NCBI RefSeq assembly: GCF_044369115.1
Contig: NZ_JBIPMN010000001.1
Span: 1-44,435 of the forward strand
From: Vulcanococcus sp.
Lineage (GTDB): Bacteria; Cyanobacteriota; Cyanobacteriia; PCC-6307; Cyanobiaceae
DNA length: 44,435 nt
Direction: 5' to 3'
The translations under genes were made by a program, and so were the position numbers. The notes beneath the pieces are model-generated. The model ran no database searches. It saw only the letters and a list, made by a program, of their open reading frames with translations, and was not told where the DNA came from. This document shows, one piece after another, positions 19,713 to 32,915 of this stretch. Numbering within the stretch: the stretch's first letter is position 1; each line of letters opens with the position of its first letter.

Positions 19713-21128
19713 TCAGCTTGGCAGGCGACTCAGTGAGGGGAGCATCACCTCCTCACGCACCTTGAGCACCACCATCGAGGCGTCGTCATCGAGCTGGCGA
19801 TCGGGCCCCACAAAGCGATCGAGGCGGGCGAACAACTGATCGAGAATGCCCTGGGCACCAAGGCCGGAGCGACAGGCCGCCTGCAAAGCGGCGATCAAGC
19901 GCTCCTCATCGAAACGCTCACCGTTGAGACCACTCGCTTCGGTGACACCATCGGTGTAGCAAAGCAGCACATCCCCCGGATCCAGCACGATCTGTTCGCA
20001 GCCGTATTGCGCTTCCGGCTGCAGCCCGATCAACAGGCCCGGCGCATCCAAGCGGTCGACGGCGTGGCGTATCCGCCGCCAGATCAGCGGTGGGTTATGG
20101 GCCGCATTGGCGAAGCGGAGCAGACGGGTGCGGGGGTCGTAGTCGGAATAGAAGAGCGTCACGAAGCGGTGCGACTGGGCCAGGTCCTCCTGGGCCAGCT
20201 GGTTGAGGTCGTGCAGGATCCGATCCGGGGCGTGGCCGCTGAGCACCTCGGCGCGGAGCATGCCGCGCAGCAGCGTCATCAACAGACCGGCCGGAACGCC
20301 CTTGCCCATCACATCCCCCACCACCAGCGCCCAGCGCCCCTGCTCGCGGCGGCGACCGAGCAGCTGGGGGCGGGTGGGGATGAAGTCGTAGTAATCGCCG
20401 CCCACCTGAAAGGCCGGGCGGCATCGGGCTGCCAGCTCCACCCCTTCAATCACCGGGCAGTGATCCGGCAGCAGCTGGGCCTGGATCTCGGCGCCGGTGG
20501 AGAGCTGCCGGTCGACGCGCTCATGGCGCCGCGCCTCCTGCAGCAGCTGTTCGCTCTCGATCGCCACCCCTGTGAGATCCGCCACCAGCTGGGCATAGCG
20601 GCGGTAACTCTCACTCCAACTCAAGCCGCTACGCGGGCCGTACACGTAGAGACGACCGCGGCTGCGGCTGCGGGCCACCACCGAGGTGGCAAACAGGGGC
20701 CGATCGGTGAGTTGGCGCCGCACCAAGCGATCGAGCAACAGAGCCACCGCTTCATCGCCGGAGGCCTGGAGCAGCTCCTCATCAGAAAGGCTGGCCAAGG
20801 CCCGCAACAGTTCCGGCGGCCCGCCATGCAACTGCTCGCGCCAGAGGCGGCCATCCGGGTGGAACGTGATCAGCAGCGCCCCTTCGCCCTCCACCAACCG
20901 AGTGGCCACGAGAGGCACTAGCTCCAGAAAGCGGCCAAGGTTGGTGAAGCTGCGCAAGGCAAAGCCGAGCGAGGCCAGCAGTTCCTGGTTGCGGCGCTGC
21001 TCGCGGCTGAGGCTGTCGAGCAGCTGCCGCACCGAAGCCAGCGGCGATGAGGGCCGCGGCAGCGCAGCGCGGTCGACGTGGCTCTGAAGCGGTGGATCAG
21101 ACCGCCGTGGGGGCGGCTTGCTGCTCAC
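19713..21128 (-). CDS. PP2C-family (SpoIIE/RsbU-type) Ser/Thr phosphatase with N-terminal GAF-like region
   Basis: VGGDYYD, GDVMGKG, NAAHNPPL, YTDGVTE, DDAS; start at GTG 21128. Confidence 0.92.
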   Translation of the reverse strand: MSSKPPPRRSDPPLQSHVDRAALPRPSSPLASVRQLLDSLSREQRRNQELLASLGFALRSFTNLGRFLELVPLVATRLVEGEGALLITFHPDGRLWREQLHGGPPELLRALASLSDEELLQASGDEAVALLLDRLVRRQLTDRPLFATSVVARSRSRGRLYVYGPRSGLSWSESYRRYAQLVADLTGVAIESEQLLQEARRHERVDRQLSTGAEIQAQLLPDHCPVIEGVELAARCRPAFQVGGDYYDFIPTRPQLLGRRREQGRWALVVGDVMGKGVPAGLLMTLLRGMLRAEVLSGHAPDRILHDLNQLAQEDLAQSHRFVTLFYSDYDPRTRLLRFANAAHNPPLIWRRIRHAVDRLDAPGLLIGLQPEAQYGCEQIVLDPGDVLLCYTDGVTEASGLNGERFDEERLIAALQAACRSGLGAQGILDQLFARLDRFVGPDRQLDDDASMVVLKVREEVMLPSLSRLPS

Positions 21129-21191
21129 CGAGCGGCCGCGAAGTGCCCGCAAGATAGCCGCGTTTTGTGGAGGAGCTGGCGGCGCTCTGAC

Positions 21192-22886
21192 CTACTTCGC
21201 CAGCAACGCCTCCACAAACTCGAAGCTGTTGAACGGACGCAGATCACGGATCCCCTCACCGGCACCGATGAAGCGGATGGGCAGACCGGCTTCCGACGCC
21301 ACCGCCAGGGCCACGCCGCCGCGGGAGCTGCCATCGAGCTTGGTGATCACCACACCGGTGAGGCCGGCAGCCTGGGCGAAGGCCATCGCCTGCTTCAAAC
21401 CGTTCTGACCCTGGCTGGCATCCAGCACAAGGAGCGACTGCACCACAGCATCGGGCGCCAGCTTGTCGACGATGCGACGCACCTTGCTGAGCTCCTCCAT
21501 CAGGTTGTGCTTGGTCTGCAGGCGACCGGCCGTATCCACCAGCACCAGATCGGTGCCTTTGGCTTGAGCAGCGCCGATGGCGTCAAACACCACAGCGGCA
21601 GGGTCGGCATTGGGGGAGGGGTTCGACACCACCGTGACGCCGCTGCGTTCCCCCCACACCGCCACCTGCTGGACGGCCGCAGCGCGGAAGGTGTCTGCAG
21701 CGGCGATCAGGCAGCTGTAGCCGCTGCGCACCGCGAGGTTGGCAAGCTTGCCGAGGGTGGTGGTTTTGCCCACGCCGTTCACACCCACCATCAGCCACAC
21801 GTTGAGGCGCCCGCGCTCGGGCGCCAGCAGCGGAGCACCACTGGCCTGAATCGGCGCATCGAGCAGGCCCTTGAGCTGCTCCTTCAGGAAGCGGATGCCC
21901 TCCGCGGGCTCCACCACCTCTTCGTTGAGCCGCTTGCGCAGGGCCTCGAGCACCTGATCGGTGGCCTGGACGCCCACATCGGCGCGAAGCAAGAGGCTCT
22001 CGAGGTCGTCGAGCACCTCGGGGGTGAGGGGATCGTCGCCGAGGTTGTCGAGCAGCTGGGTGACGAAGCCGCGGCGGGTCTTCTCCATGCCACGCCGCAA
22101 GCGGCCAAGCCAGTCGATCTCTTCAAGCGAGATGTCGCTGAGCTGGCGGCCCTGGGCGGCGAGCACTTCGGCCGACCAGGTGAACTCCTCATCGAAGGCA
22201 CCGAGCTGCGGGGCCGCATCATCGGCGGGTGTTGCAACCGGGGTCGCTGGCGCAGGGGGGGCCGCCGCGGGCACATCAATCGCCCGCTCCAACAGCTGCT
22301 GTTGGCGCTGCGCCCGCTGGGCGGCGGCCTGCTCCAGCAACGACAAACCAGCCGCCGGGGCAGAAGGCTCTGGCGGAGCGGAGGGCGCAGGAGCCGCCTG
22401 ATCACCGGCCGACTCCGGAGCAGGCTGTTGCGTGATCTGGGAGAGCTGCCCAGGAATCTGTACAGACTGAACAAACTCCTGGACAGGTGTTGCAGGTGGA
22501 TCTGCAGCGGTCAGCTGCGGCGCTGGCAACGATGGAGAGAGGTCGACTGGCGCGGCAGGAGCCGCTGATTGGGGCGATGGCTGCGCCGATGCGGGCTGTT
22601 TTTCAGCTTCTTGCTGGGCCTTCAACCGGGCATAGGCCTGACGAGCCCAATCGAGGGCGTCCTGATCGACGGCACCAACAGCTGGCGCTGACGCGGGTGC
22701 CGCGGCGGAAGGAGCGGGGGTAGCAGGAGCCGCCAGGGAAGGCTCAGGGTTTGGTTCCGGCTGAACAGCCTCGGGCGCTGGCACGGCAGGTGCCTCAGCG
22801 GCGGCCGGAGGCGGCGAGGTTTGTTCCGGCTGGGGCTCCTCGGGGTTCTGGGGGGCCGCGCTGCGCTTGAACCAGTCGAAAACCAT
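21192..22886 (-). CDS. ftsY: Signal recognition particle receptor FtsY with long Pro/Ala-rich N-terminal region
   Basis: GVNGVGKTTT, DTFRAAA, DTAGR, TKLDG, GEGIRDLRPF. Confidence 0.96.
   Translation of the reverse strand: MVFDWFKRSAAPQNPEEPQPEQTSPPPAAAEAPAVPAPEAVQPEPNPEPSLAAPATPAPSAAAPASAPAVGAVDQDALDWARQAYARLKAQQEAEKQPASAQPSPQSAAPAAPVDLSPSLPAPQLTAADPPATPVQEFVQSVQIPGQLSQITQQPAPESAGDQAAPAPSAPPEPSAPAAGLSLLEQAAAQRAQRQQQLLERAIDVPAAAPPAPATPVATPADDAAPQLGAFDEEFTWSAEVLAAQGRQLSDISLEEIDWLGRLRRGMEKTRRGFVTQLLDNLGDDPLTPEVLDDLESLLLRADVGVQATDQVLEALRKRLNEEVVEPAEGIRFLKEQLKGLLDAPIQASGAPLLAPERGRLNVWLMVGVNGVGKTTTLGKLANLAVRSGYSCLIAAADTFRAAAVQQVAVWGERSGVTVVSNPSPNADPAAVVFDAIGAAQAKGTDLVLVDTAGRLQTKHNLMEELSKVRRIVDKLAPDAVVQSLLVLDASQGQNGLKQAMAFAQAAGLTGVVITKLDGSSRGGVALAVASEAGLPIRFIGAGEGIRDLRPFNSFEFVEALLAK
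22449..22483. repeat. Dispersed ~35-bp palindrome, copy 3 (inside ftsY)
   Basis: CCCAGGAA-TCTGTAC-AGACT-GAACAAA-CTCCTGGA; encodes QEFVQSVQIPG in FtsY. Confidence 0.7.
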
Positions 22887-22899
22887 GGGCGCCTCCTGA

Positions 22900-23526
22900 T
22901 CAGCCCTTGGCGGGGGCGCTGGTGAAACGGCGGAGCACGCCGTTGATCATGCGGCGGCCTTGTTCGTCGCTGTAGCGATTGGCCAGTTCCACAGCCTCGT
23001 TGCAAGCCACGGCGGCGGGGGTGTTGAACTGCTCGATATCCACCGCAGCCAGGCGCAGGATGTCGCGGTCGATGCGGGGCAAGCGGGTGAGGCGCCAGCC
23101 TTCCATCACGGCATCGAGGCGTTGATCGAGATCTTCACGGCCCCTGAGCACAGCCCGGGCACGCTCCACTGCACCACGGCGGACCTCGTCCTGATCGGAG
23201 AGCATCAGCAGCCGCGGCAACTCGAGGCTGGCGGAGAGGCGGTTGAGGCCCTGCTCCGCGTGGGCGAGGCCGTCTTGCAGGTGCTGGCGGATGCGGGGCA
23301 GCTGCTCGACACCACCCTGATCCTGCAATTCGCTGTCGAGCAACTGCTGCTGAGCGGCCTGGAGGTCGGTGGCGGCCTGATCGAGAGCCTCGCGCACGTG
23401 CTGGCTCAGCGTCGCCTGGGCCTGCTGCAACAAGGCATCGAGCGGCGTGTCGGCCGCTGGCTGGCGATCGCTGATCTGACCGAGCATCAGCAGGGCCAGT
23501 TCACGGGCAACGGTGCGGCTCTGCAT
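22900..23526 (-). CDS. nusB: Transcription antitermination factor NusB
   Basis: RTVARELAL, WRLTRLPRIDRDILRLA, NEAVELANRY, INGVLR. Confidence 0.94.
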   Translation of the reverse strand: MQSRTVARELALLMLGQISDRQPAADTPLDALLQQAQATLSQHVREALDQAATDLQAAQQQLLDSELQDQGGVEQLPRIRQHLQDGLAHAEQGLNRLSASLELPRLLMLSDQDEVRRGAVERARAVLRGREDLDQRLDAVMEGWRLTRLPRIDRDILRLAAVDIEQFNTPAAVACNEAVELANRYSDEQGRRMINGVLRRFTSAPAKG

Positions 23527-24275
23527 CAGGCCTTGTTGGAAGGAAGAGGGGAGTAGGCCGGGGCCCGGAGCTGCGCCAGCAGGCTGGAGAAGCTGCGGCT
23601 GGCGGGGGTTTCGCGCTCGTCGGGATTGACGATGCCGGCCGAGATGATCGTGCGGAAAGCATCCTCCACCGAGAGGTTGAGATCCTTCACCGAAGCCTCC
23701 GGCACCACGGCATACCAGCCGGTGGTGGGGTTGGGGGCGGTGGGAATGAACACGCTCAACATCGGCTGATCAAAGCCGGCGGAGAGGGTGGCGCCGAGCA
23801 CACCGGTAACGAAACCCAGGGCATACAGGCCCTCGCGGGGATATTCCACCAACACCACCCGGCGGAAGCGCGTGGAGTTGTCGCGCAGGAAGGTTTCCAG
23901 CAGCTGCTTGAGCGTTTTGTAAACCGAGCCCGCCACGGGGATCCGCTGCAGGGTGCCCTCGCCGAATTCGAGCAGCCAGCGGCCCACGATGTTGCGGGCC
24001 ATCAGGCCGATTAACAAGATCCCCAGCAGGGGCACCAGCAGACCCAAGCCCAGGTTGATCAACTCCTGGAGGATCGGATCCAGGGTGTTGAACGGGTTGA
24101 GCTGCTTGGGGATCGAGGTGAGGAACGCCAGCACAAAGCGCGTCACCGTGGTGGCCAACCAGATCGTGGTGGCCAATGGGATCACCACCAACAGGCCGGC
24201 GATCAGATCGTTCTTGAGGTCCTGCTGGAGGCGATCGCCCAGGGGCTGCTCAGGTCTGGGACTGGATTGCACCAA
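23526..24275 (-). CDS. DUF502 (COV1-like) membrane protein
   Basis: GLLVVIPLATT, RIPVAGSVYKTLKQ, VLVEYPR, VFIPTAPNPTTG. Confidence 0.9.
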   Translation of the reverse strand: MVQSSPRPEQPLGDRLQQDLKNDLIAGLLVVIPLATTIWLATTVTRFVLAFLTSIPKQLNPFNTLDPILQELINLGLGLLVPLLGILLIGLMARNIVGRWLLEFGEGTLQRIPVAGSVYKTLKQLLETFLRDNSTRFRRVVLVEYPREGLYALGFVTGVLGATLSAGFDQPMLSVFIPTAPNPTTGWYAVVPEASVKDLNLSVEDAFRTIISAGIVNPDERETPASRSFSSLLAQLRAPAYSPLPSNKA

Positions 24276-24331
24276 TGACAGGCCGGGGCGTCCGGTGAAA
24301 AAAGTCCAATCCGCAACTTAGCCAGCCGCCC

Positions 24332-24982
24332 TCACAGAACGGCCACCACCGCCAGCAAGGTGAAGGCCACCAGGAGCACCACAGCCGTGCCGGTGCCGCC
24401 GATGCGGCGCTGATTGGCGGCCAGGTCGCGGCGGTTTTCAGCCTGCTTGAGCTGCTGTTCCGCCTGGTCCAGCTGGCGGTTCATGAAGGCCTGAGCAGCC
24501 TTCTTCTTCTGCTCATCGCTTGCGGTGGCAGGGATCTGACCGGCTTGCTCGCCCTGGGCAATCACCTGCTCCAGCACCTGGGGGTTATCCAGCTGGGCCT
24601 TGGCCATCTCCAGCTGGCCGCGCTGAGCCAACAGCGCCTGGTTGGCCTGATCGCTCACGGCGCGATCGCCGCTGATGCTCACGGGAATCGTGATCAGCAC
24701 GGCCAGTGCCAACAGGGCGCTCACGACACACACGAACCAGCGCAGCGGGGTGCGGCCCGGCACCGGCTCATCCAGGCGCTGACCGATCAGCATCAGCAGC
24801 ATCCCCACAAACGCCATGGGCGACTGGGTGACCAGCGTGGTGGCGAGCAGCTGGCGGAAGCTCTCTTCGCCCCAGCCGTTCACGCTGAGCACCGCCAGGA
24901 GCTGCAGGAACAGCAGCACCACCAGGGTGATGCCCAGCCAACGGAACAAGGTGCCGAATCGGCCGGACGCTGCTGAACTCAC
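24332..24982 (-). CDS. HpsJ-like membrane protein
   Basis: Three N-terminal hydrophobic segments, Gln-rich coiled coil and C-terminal TM helix; usual position between DUF502 and queG; start uncertain. Confidence 0.7.
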   Translation of the reverse strand: MSSAASGRFGTLFRWLGITLVVLLFLQLLAVLSVNGWGEESFRQLLATTLVTQSPMAFVGMLLMLIGQRLDEPVPGRTPLRWFVCVVSALLALAVLITIPVSISGDRAVSDQANQALLAQRGQLEMAKAQLDNPQVLEQVIAQGEQAGQIPATASDEQKKKAAQAFMNRQLDQAEQQLKQAENRRDLAANQRRIGGTGTAVVLLVAFTLLAVVAVL

Positions 24983-25014
24983 AGTGGTGCTGACGCAATC
25001 GCGCAATCGTAGGG

Positions 25015-25986
25015 GTGGTGGAACTCGCTGACACCCTCAAGCAACAGGCCCGGCAGCTGGGCTTTGCGGCGGTGGGCATTGCTTCCGCCGCAGGCAGCGA
25101 ACGGTTGCGGCTGCGCACGGCCGCCCTGGAGCGCTGGCTCGCGGCCGGCCATCAAGCCGACATGGCCTGGATGGCGGATCCGCGCCGGCGGGCGGTGGAA
25201 GCGCTGCTGCCAGGGGTGCGCAGCGTGGTGGCGGTGGGACTGCCCTATTGGGTGGACGCGGCGCGAGCCCCCGGCTCCCTCAAGGTGGCCCGCTACGGCT
25301 GGGGGCGCGATTACCACCGGGTGATCGATGGGCGGCTGCGGGCCCTGGGGCGCTGGCTGGAATCTCAGGTGCCCGACGGGGCATGGCGCGCCTGTGTGGA
25401 TAGCTCACCCCTGCTGGACAAGGCCTGGGCCGAGGAAGCGGGCCTGGGCTGGATCGGCAAACACAGCAACCTGATCAGCCGCGAGCACGGCTCCTGGCTG
25501 CTGATCGGCCACCTGCTCACCACCCTCGAGCTACCGGCCGATGCGCCTGCAGTGCCGGCCTGCGGTGCCTGCAGCACCTGCCTGGAGGCGTGCCCCACCG
25601 GCGCCATCACGGAACCGTTCGTGGTGGATGCCCGCCGCTGCATTGCCTTTCACACCATCGAAAACCGCGGTCCCGAACTGCCCAGCGCCATCGCGGATTC
25701 CCTCGAAGGCTGGGTGGCCGGCTGCGACATCTGCCAAGACGTGTGTCCGTGGAATCAGAAACCCTTCGCGAGCAGCAGCGATCCCGATCTGCAACCACGC
25801 CCCTGGTGGCTGGATCTGCGCGCCGAGGAGGCCCTGGGCTGGAGTGATGAGGACTGGGACGACAAGCTGCGCGCCTCCGCCCTGCGCCGGATCAAGCCAA
25901 CGATGTGGCGACGCAACATCCGCGCGGCAACAGGGCTTGGATCCGGTGAAGGCGCAGGCGCCGAACGATCGCTGGCGGACAGCTGA
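25015..25986 (+). CDS. queG: Epoxyqueuosine reductase
   Basis: ARYGWGRDYH, VDSSPLLDK, AGLGWIGK, CGACSTCLEACPT, GCDICQDVCPWN. Confidence 0.96.
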   Translation: MVELADTLKQQARQLGFAAVGIASAAGSERLRLRTAALERWLAAGHQADMAWMADPRRRAVEALLPGVRSVVAVGLPYWVDAARAPGSLKVARYGWGRDYHRVIDGRLRALGRWLESQVPDGAWRACVDSSPLLDKAWAEEAGLGWIGKHSNLISREHGSWLLIGHLLTTLELPADAPAVPACGACSTCLEACPTGAITEPFVVDARRCIAFHTIENRGPELPSAIADSLEGWVAGCDICQDVCPWNQKPFASSSDPDLQPRPWWLDLRAEEALGWSDEDWDDKLRASALRRIKPTMWRRNIRAATGLGSGEGAGAERSLADS

Positions 25987-26014
25987 GCAAGGTCCGCACA
26001 GATGGCGCGGTGAA

Positions 26015-26051
26015 CGCACAGGTTCCGTACGGTATGTACAGAAGCTGTGCG
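26015..26051. repeat. Dispersed ~35-bp palindrome, copy 4
   Basis: CGCACAGGT-TCCGTAC-GGTAT-GTACAGA-AGCTGTGCG in the queG-TPR spacer. Confidence 0.7.
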
Positions 26052-26138
26052 AGCGCACAAATCGCCGCAACGGGGCCCGCAGCCCGCGGTCAGCCTGAGC
26101 ATTGCTGCCTAACCTGCGGCTGTGATCGCCCTGCATCG

Positions 26139-27023
26139 ATGGCTGCGCGCTGGTTGAAGGTTCTGGCGGCAGCACCGTTGATGTTTTCGGCCCTCAGCGC
26201 CGCACCGGCGCAGGCGCTGGTGCCTTACGTGGTGGTGCCGAGCGAGCAAAACCTCGAGGGAGCGGGGCTCGGCATCGCCCAGGCAGCGGCGCGGCTGCTG
26301 CGCTTGGGCCAGGCCGAAGACGCGGCGCGGCTGGCGGCCCTCACCGTGCAACTGATTCCCAGCGATCCGCGCGGCTGGGTGCTGCTGGCGGAAGCCCAAC
26401 TGCGCAGCAACCAAGACAAGGAGGCCGCGGTCTCGCTGGCCAAGGCGCGGGAGCTGGATCCGAAAAACGCCGGCATCCTCTTCGCCCAGGGCTCCCTGGC
26501 CCTCAAAGACAGCCGCCCCTCAGAAGCCGCTGATCTCATCCGCCAGGGCCTGAAGCTCGACGGCAAGAACGCCGGTGCCTACTTCGACCTCGGCAACGCC
26601 TTCATCCTGATGGGCAAACCGGGAGATGCGCTGGGGGCGTTTGAGCAGGCCTCGAAGCTGCGCAGCGATTTCTGGGAAGCGATCAACAACCAGGCCCTGG
26701 TGCTCTACGAGCAAAACAAAGACTCTGAAGCGATCAAGCGTTGGCGCCGCGTGCTGGAGATCAAACCCGCCGCCGAGCCCAACCTCGCCCTGGCCACTGC
26801 CCTGAACAGCAAAACCCCTGGCAACGCCGAAAGCCTGGAGCTCGCGGCCAAAGCCCTGGCCGAAGACCCCAATTACGTGCTCGACAGCTGGCAGAAGGAG
26901 CAGCTCTGGGGCCCCAGGCTGCGCAGCGCTGCGGCCCGGTTGCTCACGGAGCCAGCCCTGAAGGCCGATGTGGAACGCGCTCAGGCCAACGCCGGCGGCA
27001 ACGACGACCTGGGCGACGAATAA
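26139..27023 (+). CDS. Tetratricopeptide repeat protein with signal peptide
   Basis: Signal peptide ending AQA, repeated TPR helices (AYFDLGNA, WEAINNQAL); start at ATG 26139. Confidence 0.88.
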   Translation: MAARWLKVLAAAPLMFSALSAAPAQALVPYVVVPSEQNLEGAGLGIAQAAARLLRLGQAEDAARLAALTVQLIPSDPRGWVLLAEAQLRSNQDKEAAVSLAKARELDPKNAGILFAQGSLALKDSRPSEAADLIRQGLKLDGKNAGAYFDLGNAFILMGKPGDALGAFEQASKLRSDFWEAINNQALVLYEQNKDSEAIKRWRRVLEIKPAAEPNLALATALNSKTPGNAESLELAAKALAEDPNYVLDSWQKEQLWGPRLRSAAARLLTEPALKADVERAQANAGGNDDLGDE

Positions 27024-27076
27024 GCCCGTGATCTGTAGGCTGAGCGCCACTTTCAGCCCCCCGGCCTGAGCCACGG

Positions 27077-29581
27077 ATGCCCAAGGCGCGCCCCGATCAG
27101 CCGCTGCCGGACCCATCCGACGATCGGCGCATCCAGCCGATCGAGCTGCACCAGGAGATGCAGCGCTCCTACCTCGAATACGCCATGAGCGTGATCGTGG
27201 GCCGGGCCCTGCCCGACGCCCGCGACGGCCTCAAGCCTGTGCAGCGCCGCATCCTCTATGCGATGCACGAGCTGGGGCTCACCCCGGATCGCCCCTACCG
27301 CAAGTGCGCCCGCGTGGTGGGCGATGTGCTCGGCAAGTACCACCCCCACGGCGATCAGGCGGTGTACGACGCCCTGGTGCGCCTGGTGCAGACCTTCGCC
27401 AGCCGCAACCCCCTGCTGGATGGCCATGGCAACTTCGGCTCGGTGGACGACGACCCACCGGCCGCCATGCGTTACACCGAAACGCGGCTGGCACCGATCG
27501 CCAACGAGGCGATGCTCGATGAAATTGGCGACGACACCGTTGATTTCGCCCCCAACTTCGATGGCTCCCAACAGGAGCCCACGGTGCTGCCGGCCCAGCT
27601 GCCGTTTCTGATCCTCAACGGCTGCACGGGCATCGCCGTGGGCATGGCTACCAACATCCCACCCCACAACCTGGGCGAGGTGGTGGATGCCCTGATCGCC
27701 CTGGTGCGCAAGCCCGATCTGAGCGACGAAAAACTGCTGGAGCTGGTGCCCGGCCCCGACTTCCCCACCGGCGGCGAGGTGTTGACGGGCAGCGGTGTGC
27801 GCGACACCTATCTCACGGGCCGCGGCAGCATCCCGATGCGGGGCGTGGCTCACATCGAGGAGGTTCAGCCCGGCAAGGGCCGCCACAAACGCGGCGCCGT
27901 GGTGATCACCGAGCTGCCATATCAGCTGAGCAAGGCCGGCTGGATCGAGAAGCTCGCCGAGCAGGTGAACGAGGGCAAGATCAACGGCATCGCCGACATC
28001 CGCGACGAATCCGACCGCGAAGGCATGCGCGTGGTGGTGGAGCTGCGCCGCGACGCCAACCCCGAAACAGTGCTCGCCGAACTGCAGCGCCGCACCGCTC
28101 TGCAAAGCAACTACGGCGCGATCCTGCTGGCGCTGGTGCACGGCAAGCCGATCCAGCTCACCCTGCGCCAACTGCTGCAGGAGTTCCTCGAATACCGCGA
28201 ACTCACCCTGATCCGGCGCACGCGCCATGCGCTGAAACGCACGGAAGATCGCCTCGAGGTGGTGGAGGGTCTGATCACCGCTCTTAACGCCCTGCCCAAA
28301 GTGATCGAGATGATCACCGCCGCCCCCGATGCCGCCAGCGCCCGGGCCAGCCTGCAGGTGCATCTCGACATCACTGAACGCCAGGCCGATGCGGTGCTGG
28401 CAATGCCCCTGCGCCGGCTCACGGGTCTGGAGCAGGAAAGCCTGCGCAAGGAAGCCGAGGATCTACGCCAGGAACGCAGCCGCCTGCGCCACCTGCTGGA
28501 TGAGCGCCCGGCCCTGCTCGACGCCATGGTGGCCGAGTTCAAAGCGCTCAAAAAACGCTTCGCCACGCCACGCCGCACCCGCCTGGTGGAAGGGGGCGAT
28601 GAACTGGTGGCCCAGCGCACCGCCGCCCAACGCCCCAACACCGAACTGCTGCGTCAGCGCGCCTTCGAGGGCCTGAGCAGCGATGGCCGCCTGGTGATCC
28701 AGGCCGATGGCCAGGTGAAGGTGGTGGGTCCGCAACTGCTGGGCCGGCTGCACCTGGATGAACCGGCACCGCTGGGCGACAACCCCTCACCGGCAAGGCT
28801 GATCCTGCCGATCAGCGAGAAGCCAGCGCTGCTCGCCTTCACCGATGCCGGCCGGGTGGCGTTGCTGCGTTGGGAATTCGCTGGCCAGCAGCCGGGAACG
28901 CTCGAGAAGTTCCTGCCGGAAGGCATGAGCGGTGAACGGGTGGTGCAACTGCTGCCTCTCCCCAGCGGTGCTGACGCCGAAGGCACCAGTGTTGGCCTCT
29001 TGAGCAGCGATGGCCGCTTCAAGCGGCTGCCGATCGAGGATTTCCAGGAGCTCTCTGGCAGGGCCGCCTCGGTGCTGAAGCTCAAGGACGGCGTGAGCCT
29101 GCGGCGGGTGGTGCTCTGCCGGGAAGGCGACGAGTTGGTGGTGGGGAGTTCCACCGGTCGCCTGCTGCGGCTGGCGGTGAATGAAGCCAACCTGCCGGTG
29201 ATGGGCCGCAATGCCCAGGGACCAGTGCTGTTCCGGCTGCTGCCCGGAGAAGCAGTGGTAGGCGCCGCCAGCGTCACCCTCGGGGGCTGCGTGCTGCTGG
29301 CGAGCCGCAGCGGCCAGCTCAAACGCCTCACGGTGAACAGCCTGCGCCGCTGCCAACGGGGCGACATCGGCCAGATCGGAGTGCGATTCAGCGAGCGAGG
29401 AGATCAATTGATCGATCTACAGGAAGCTCGAAGCAACGTGCTGGCCGCCGTGCTCAGCGATGGCCGCAGCCTGCGGCTGGATATAGCCGAACTGCAGGCC
29501 GAGGATGACACCGGCAGCGGTCAGCCCCTGGGGCTGGGCGGCCATGAAGCCGTGGCCGAGCTGGTGCCGCTGCTGGGCTGA
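27077..29581 (+). CDS. DNA gyrase/topoisomerase IV subunit A (ParC-like cyanobacterial paralog)
   Basis: [24 protein letters not shown], catalytic [21 protein letters not shown]; no QxRGGKG GyrA-box and a divergent CTD. Confidence 0.92.
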   Translation: MPKARPDQPLPDPSDDRRIQPIELHQEMQRSYLEYAMSVIVGRALPDARDGLKPVQRRILYAMHELGLTPDRPYRKCARVVGDVLGKYHPHGDQAVYDALVRLVQTFASRNPLLDGHGNFGSVDDDPPAAMRYTETRLAPIANEAMLDEIGDDTVDFAPNFDGSQQEPTVLPAQLPFLILNGCTGIAVGMATNIPPHNLGEVVDALIALVRKPDLSDEKLLELVPGPDFPTGGEVLTGSGVRDTYLTGRGSIPMRGVAHIEEVQPGKGRHKRGAVVITELPYQLSKAGWIEKLAEQVNEGKINGIADIRDESDREGMRVVVELRRDANPETVLAELQRRTALQSNYGAILLALVHGKPIQLTLRQLLQEFLEYRELTLIRRTRHALKRTEDRLEVVEGLITALNALPKVIEMITAAPDAASARASLQVHLDITERQADAVLAMPLRRLTGLEQESLRKEAEDLRQERSRLRHLLDERPALLDAMVAEFKALKKRFATPRRTRLVEGGDELVAQRTAAQRPNTELLRQRAFEGLSSDGRLVIQADGQVKVVGPQLLGRLHLDEPAPLGDNPSPARLILPISEKPALLAFTDAGRVALLRWEFAGQQPGTLEKFLPEGMSGERVVQLLPLPSGADAEGTSVGLLSSDGRFKRLPIEDFQELSGRAASVLKLKDGVSLRRVVLCREGDELVVGSSTGRLLRLAVNEANLPVMGRNAQGPVLFRLLPGEAVVGAASVTLGGCVLLASRSGQLKRLTVNSLRRCQRGDIGQIGVRFSERGDQLIDLQEARSNVLAAVLSDGRSLRLDIAELQAEDDTGSGQPLGLGGHEAVAELVPLLG

Positions 29582-29586
29582 AACGC

Positions 29587-29667
29587 TCAGCGCAACAGGT
29601 CGTCATCCGCCAGATCGATGAAGACCTGGACTTCGGCCTCCTCAAGGCTCGGCGCCAAGAAAAGCAT
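29587..29667 (-). pseudogene. Possible C-terminal fragment of a small antitoxin (DUF3018-like)
   Basis: MLFLAPSLEEAEVQVFIDLADDDLLR* resembles the acidic AxxQAFID tail of DUF3018 antitoxins; recognised by eye only. Confidence 0.3.
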
Positions 29668-29709
29668 CCTCACCGCCGTGCCTTGGCAGTGGCCTCTGAG
29701 CCACTCACC

Positions 29710-29842
29710 TCAGCTTGAGCGGTGCAGTTCAACACGTTCAAAATCGGCAAACCGACGGTCAAAGCTCAACACTGGCAAGGCAGCGGTGTTGGTGGCCAAG
29801 GCCAGAATCAGCTGATCAGCCAGATCTCCTCCCTGGCGGAAC
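29710..29842 (-). pseudogene. C-terminal fragment of a PIN/VapC toxin
   Basis: FRQGGDLADQLILALATNTAALPVLSFDRRFADF contains the DxxD and (S/T)FD motifs of the PIN C-terminal half; N-terminal half absent. Confidence 0.7.
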
Positions 29843-29957
29843 CTTGGGGCGGTCCTGGAACAGATCCTCCGGCTCGTATTTGGAGGGCACCAGCACCAAG
29901 CGGCCGTTCCGGTCGATGGAGGCCTGCAACCTGGCACCAGGTGCCAAGCCAAGCGCG

Positions 29958-29959
<2 letters not shown>
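29840..29959 (-). pseudogene. Internal fragment of an AbrB/MazE/SpoVT-family antitoxin
   Basis: Frame not listed in the ORF track reads DALGLAPGARLQASIDRNGRLVLVPSKYEPEDLFQDRPKV (AbrB LGLxPG...GRLVLVP); no start codon, begins at the uvrA stop. Confidence 0.7.

Positions 29960-32915
<2,956 letters not shown>

Noticed and set aside
29710-29952. 80-aa ORF as a functional toxin gene
   Set aside because: Its first half is an out-of-frame reading of an antitoxin remnant and it lacks the N-terminal PIN catalytic residues
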